From contig NZ_CP066018.1 of assembly GCF_016127575.1 (NCBI RefSeq), positions 510,001-542,000 of the forward strand: 32,000 bases of DNA, read 5' to 3'. The DNA is from Cupriavidus necator (lineage in GTDB: Bacteria > Pseudomonadota > Gammaproteobacteria > Burkholderiales > Burkholderiaceae). Below the pieces are notes generated by a model. That model had not been told where the DNA came from. It did not search any database and saw only the letters and a program-made list of their open reading frames with translations. Below, in pieces: positions 30,469 to 32,000 of this stretch (its first letter is position 1; each line of letters begins with the position of its first letter). The position numbers were made by a program, and so were the translations under genes.

Positions 30469-32000
30469 ATGACGAGTTCGAAATATCAGTTTCTGGCGCC
30501 CACGGTGGCGCTCCTTTCCGACAAGGTCGTACTGGCCCAGGCCTGGAAGAAAACGCACACCTATATCCGCAAACATAACTGGTTTGCCGACACGCTCGAA
30601 CTCGACACGTCGGCGGTCGATCTTGAGCAAACCTTGGAACAGTGGGCGCAAACGCTGCGCACAGGCCAATATCTTAACCAGGCGGCCAGGATGGTTCCCG
30701 CACCCAAAAGCGGCCGCTGGGTCATCGGCACCGTGCCCCAGCGGCCAGAGCCTGGCTGGTATCCCGTGGTCGACCCCGGTGAAGCGCCCGTTCTCCGGCC
30801 ACTCGCGCATCTTCCCGTCCGGGAGCAGACCGTGGCCAGTGCCCTCATGCTCTGTCTTGCGGATTGCATCGAAACGCTCCAGGGGCCCACCATCGGGCAT
30901 GCCGACTTCGCCGAGGCGCAGCGCATGGGCGTGTACAGCTATGGAAACCGCCTGCTGTGTTCCTGGACCGAGCTCCTGCCGGGGACGAAACATGCCCGGT
31001 TTCGTTGGGGCAACTCCGACATCTACACGCGATACTTCACCGACTATCAGCGATTCATCGACCGGCCCAAGTACTTTGCCGAACAGGCGCGCGACAAGGG
31101 TGGCACCGTGCTGCTCGTCAAGCTGGATCTGTCCGCTTTCTACGACAACATCGACGTTGGACGACTAATCGAGTCCCTGCGGCGACACTATGCGAAGTTT
31201 TGCGAAACATTTCCTGATTATCCCAAGCACGACGAGGATTTCCTCGCGGTGGCGCGCGAAGCCCTGACGCTGCGCTGGGATCCTCAGGACTCGACCTATG
31301 CGCCCCTGCTACGCGACCGCGCTCTACCCAGAGGTCTGGCGCAGGGTCTGGCCGCCAGCGGCTTCTTTGCCAACGCCTACCTGATCGACTTCGACAAGGA
31401 AATTGGACGTCAGCTCAACACCGCGATTCACTTCGAAGGAGACGAGTTCACTCTGGTGGACTACTGTCGGTACGTCGATGATCTGCGTATCGTCGTCTCG
31501 GTCGACGCCAGGCTGCCGCACACACACATCCCTGGCGTGATTACCCAATGGGTCCAGCGTATCCTGGACGTGACGGTGAACGAGCATGTCGAGGACGACC
31601 GCAACGTTCTGAAACTGAACGCACGCAAGACCGAGCACGAAGAGTTCGCGGCCGTCAGCGCGGAAAGTGGCGATGTGGCGGCCATGCGCCTGCTGCAGCA
31701 AAGCCTGAGTGGCCCGTTTGATCTGGAATCGCTCCAACAGACCTCGGCGGGCCTGAACGGCCTTCTCGCACTGGCCGAACTCAGCCGCGAGGCCGAGACA
31801 AGCGCTCCCTCGTCTTCGCCCTTGTCCCTCATCGAACGGCCCAAGCTACAGGTCAAGGACGATACGCTGACGCGGTTTGCAGCGTTTCGCCTTGTCAAAA
31901 GCCTGCGACTGAAGATGAGCTTTCTGGGCGAGGAGGCGGCCGGTGTCGCGCACGAATGCGAAGCCGTCGCGCGTCGCCTCGCGGCCGCCTGGGTCACGAA
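30469..32000 (+). CDS. reverse transcriptase (UG/Abi-like, non-retroviral), 3' end beyond the window
   Basis: Own translation from the ATG at 30469; the frame opens after a TGA at 30385-30387 and has no stop through 32000. RT motifs are VLLVKLDLSAFYDNID, LPRGLAQGLAASGFFANAYL, YCRYVDDLRIVV (YVDD at 31471-31482) and LKLNARKTEH. It is not in the ORF track because the ORF is open-ended. Confidence 0.85.
   Translation, partial: MTSSKYQFLAPTVALLSDKVVLAQAWKKTHTYIRKHNWFADTLELDTSAVDLEQTLEQWAQTLRTGQYLNQAARMVPAPKSGRWVIGTVPQRPEPGWYPVVDPGEAPVLRPLAHLPVREQTVASALMLCLADCIETLQGPTIGHADFAEAQRMGVYSYGNRLLCSWTELLPGTKHARFRWGNSDIYTRYFTDYQRFIDRPKYFAEQARDKGGTVLLVKLDLSAFYDNIDVGRLIESLRRHYAKFCETFPDYPKHDEDFLAVAREALTLRWDPQDSTYAPLLRDRALPRGLAQGLAASGFFANAYLIDFDKEIGRQLNTAIHFEGDEFTLVDYCRYVDDLRIVVSVDARLPHTHIPGVITQWVQRILDVTVNEHVEDDRNVLKLNARKTEHEEFAAVSAESGDVAAMRLLQQSLSGPFDLESLQQTSAGLNGLLALAELSREAETSAPSSSPLSLIERPKLQVKDDTLTRFAAFRLVKSLRLKMSFLGEEAAGVAHECEAVARRLAAAWVT

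Larger units (their letters stand above)
24800..32000. other. horizontally acquired accessory region (island fragment, right end outside the window)
   Basis: There is an abrupt compositional change at about 24.8 kb that coincides with disruption of a native gene. Downstream content is non-housekeeping (RT, kinase, nuclease-like, DUF4145). No integrase or att site is visible in the window. Confidence 0.6.

Overview
High-G+C betaproteobacterial chromosome, with Burkholderiaceae (Cupriavidus/Ralstonia)-like gene content and order; the taxon is an inference. Positions 1-23.7 kb are ordinary core genome. They carry nadD-rsfS-rlmH-maf-rng, an LPS core/lipid A export cluster (waaC, msbA, GT25, GT2, GT4), dnaE, trhO, a CoA-type NUDIX hydrolase, the rpsP-rimM-trmD-rplS operon, a PQQ-dependent sugar dehydrogenase, a TM2-domain protein and a LysR regulator. 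Near 24.8 kb the composition and gene content change abruptly. A native PA0069/SplB-like radical-SAM gene is cut off inside its CxxxCxxC motif. It abuts lower-G+C DNA that carries an intact, diverged copy of the same gene behind a perfect LexA (SOS) box, followed by three phased DnaA-box-like repeats. From 26.5 kb to the window edge lies a same-strand cluster with no housekeeping logic: a zinc-ribbon/DUF4145-like gene that appears frameshifted, a PD-(D/E)xK-like protein, a Hanks-type Ser/Thr kinase abutting it (TAG then ATG), a 401-aa orphan protein, a 171-nt structured spacer, and a reverse transcriptase with intact motifs (LDLSAFYDNI, GLAQGLAASGFFAN, YVDD). The RT ORF runs off the window end, so it is absent from the supplied ORF track. 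I consider this RT-kinase-nuclease cluster the best candidate for an undescribed (probably anti-phage) system. No rRNA, tRNA, CRISPR array, integrase or transposase was recognised. Many long ORFs in the track are antisense or out-of-frame artefacts of high G+C.
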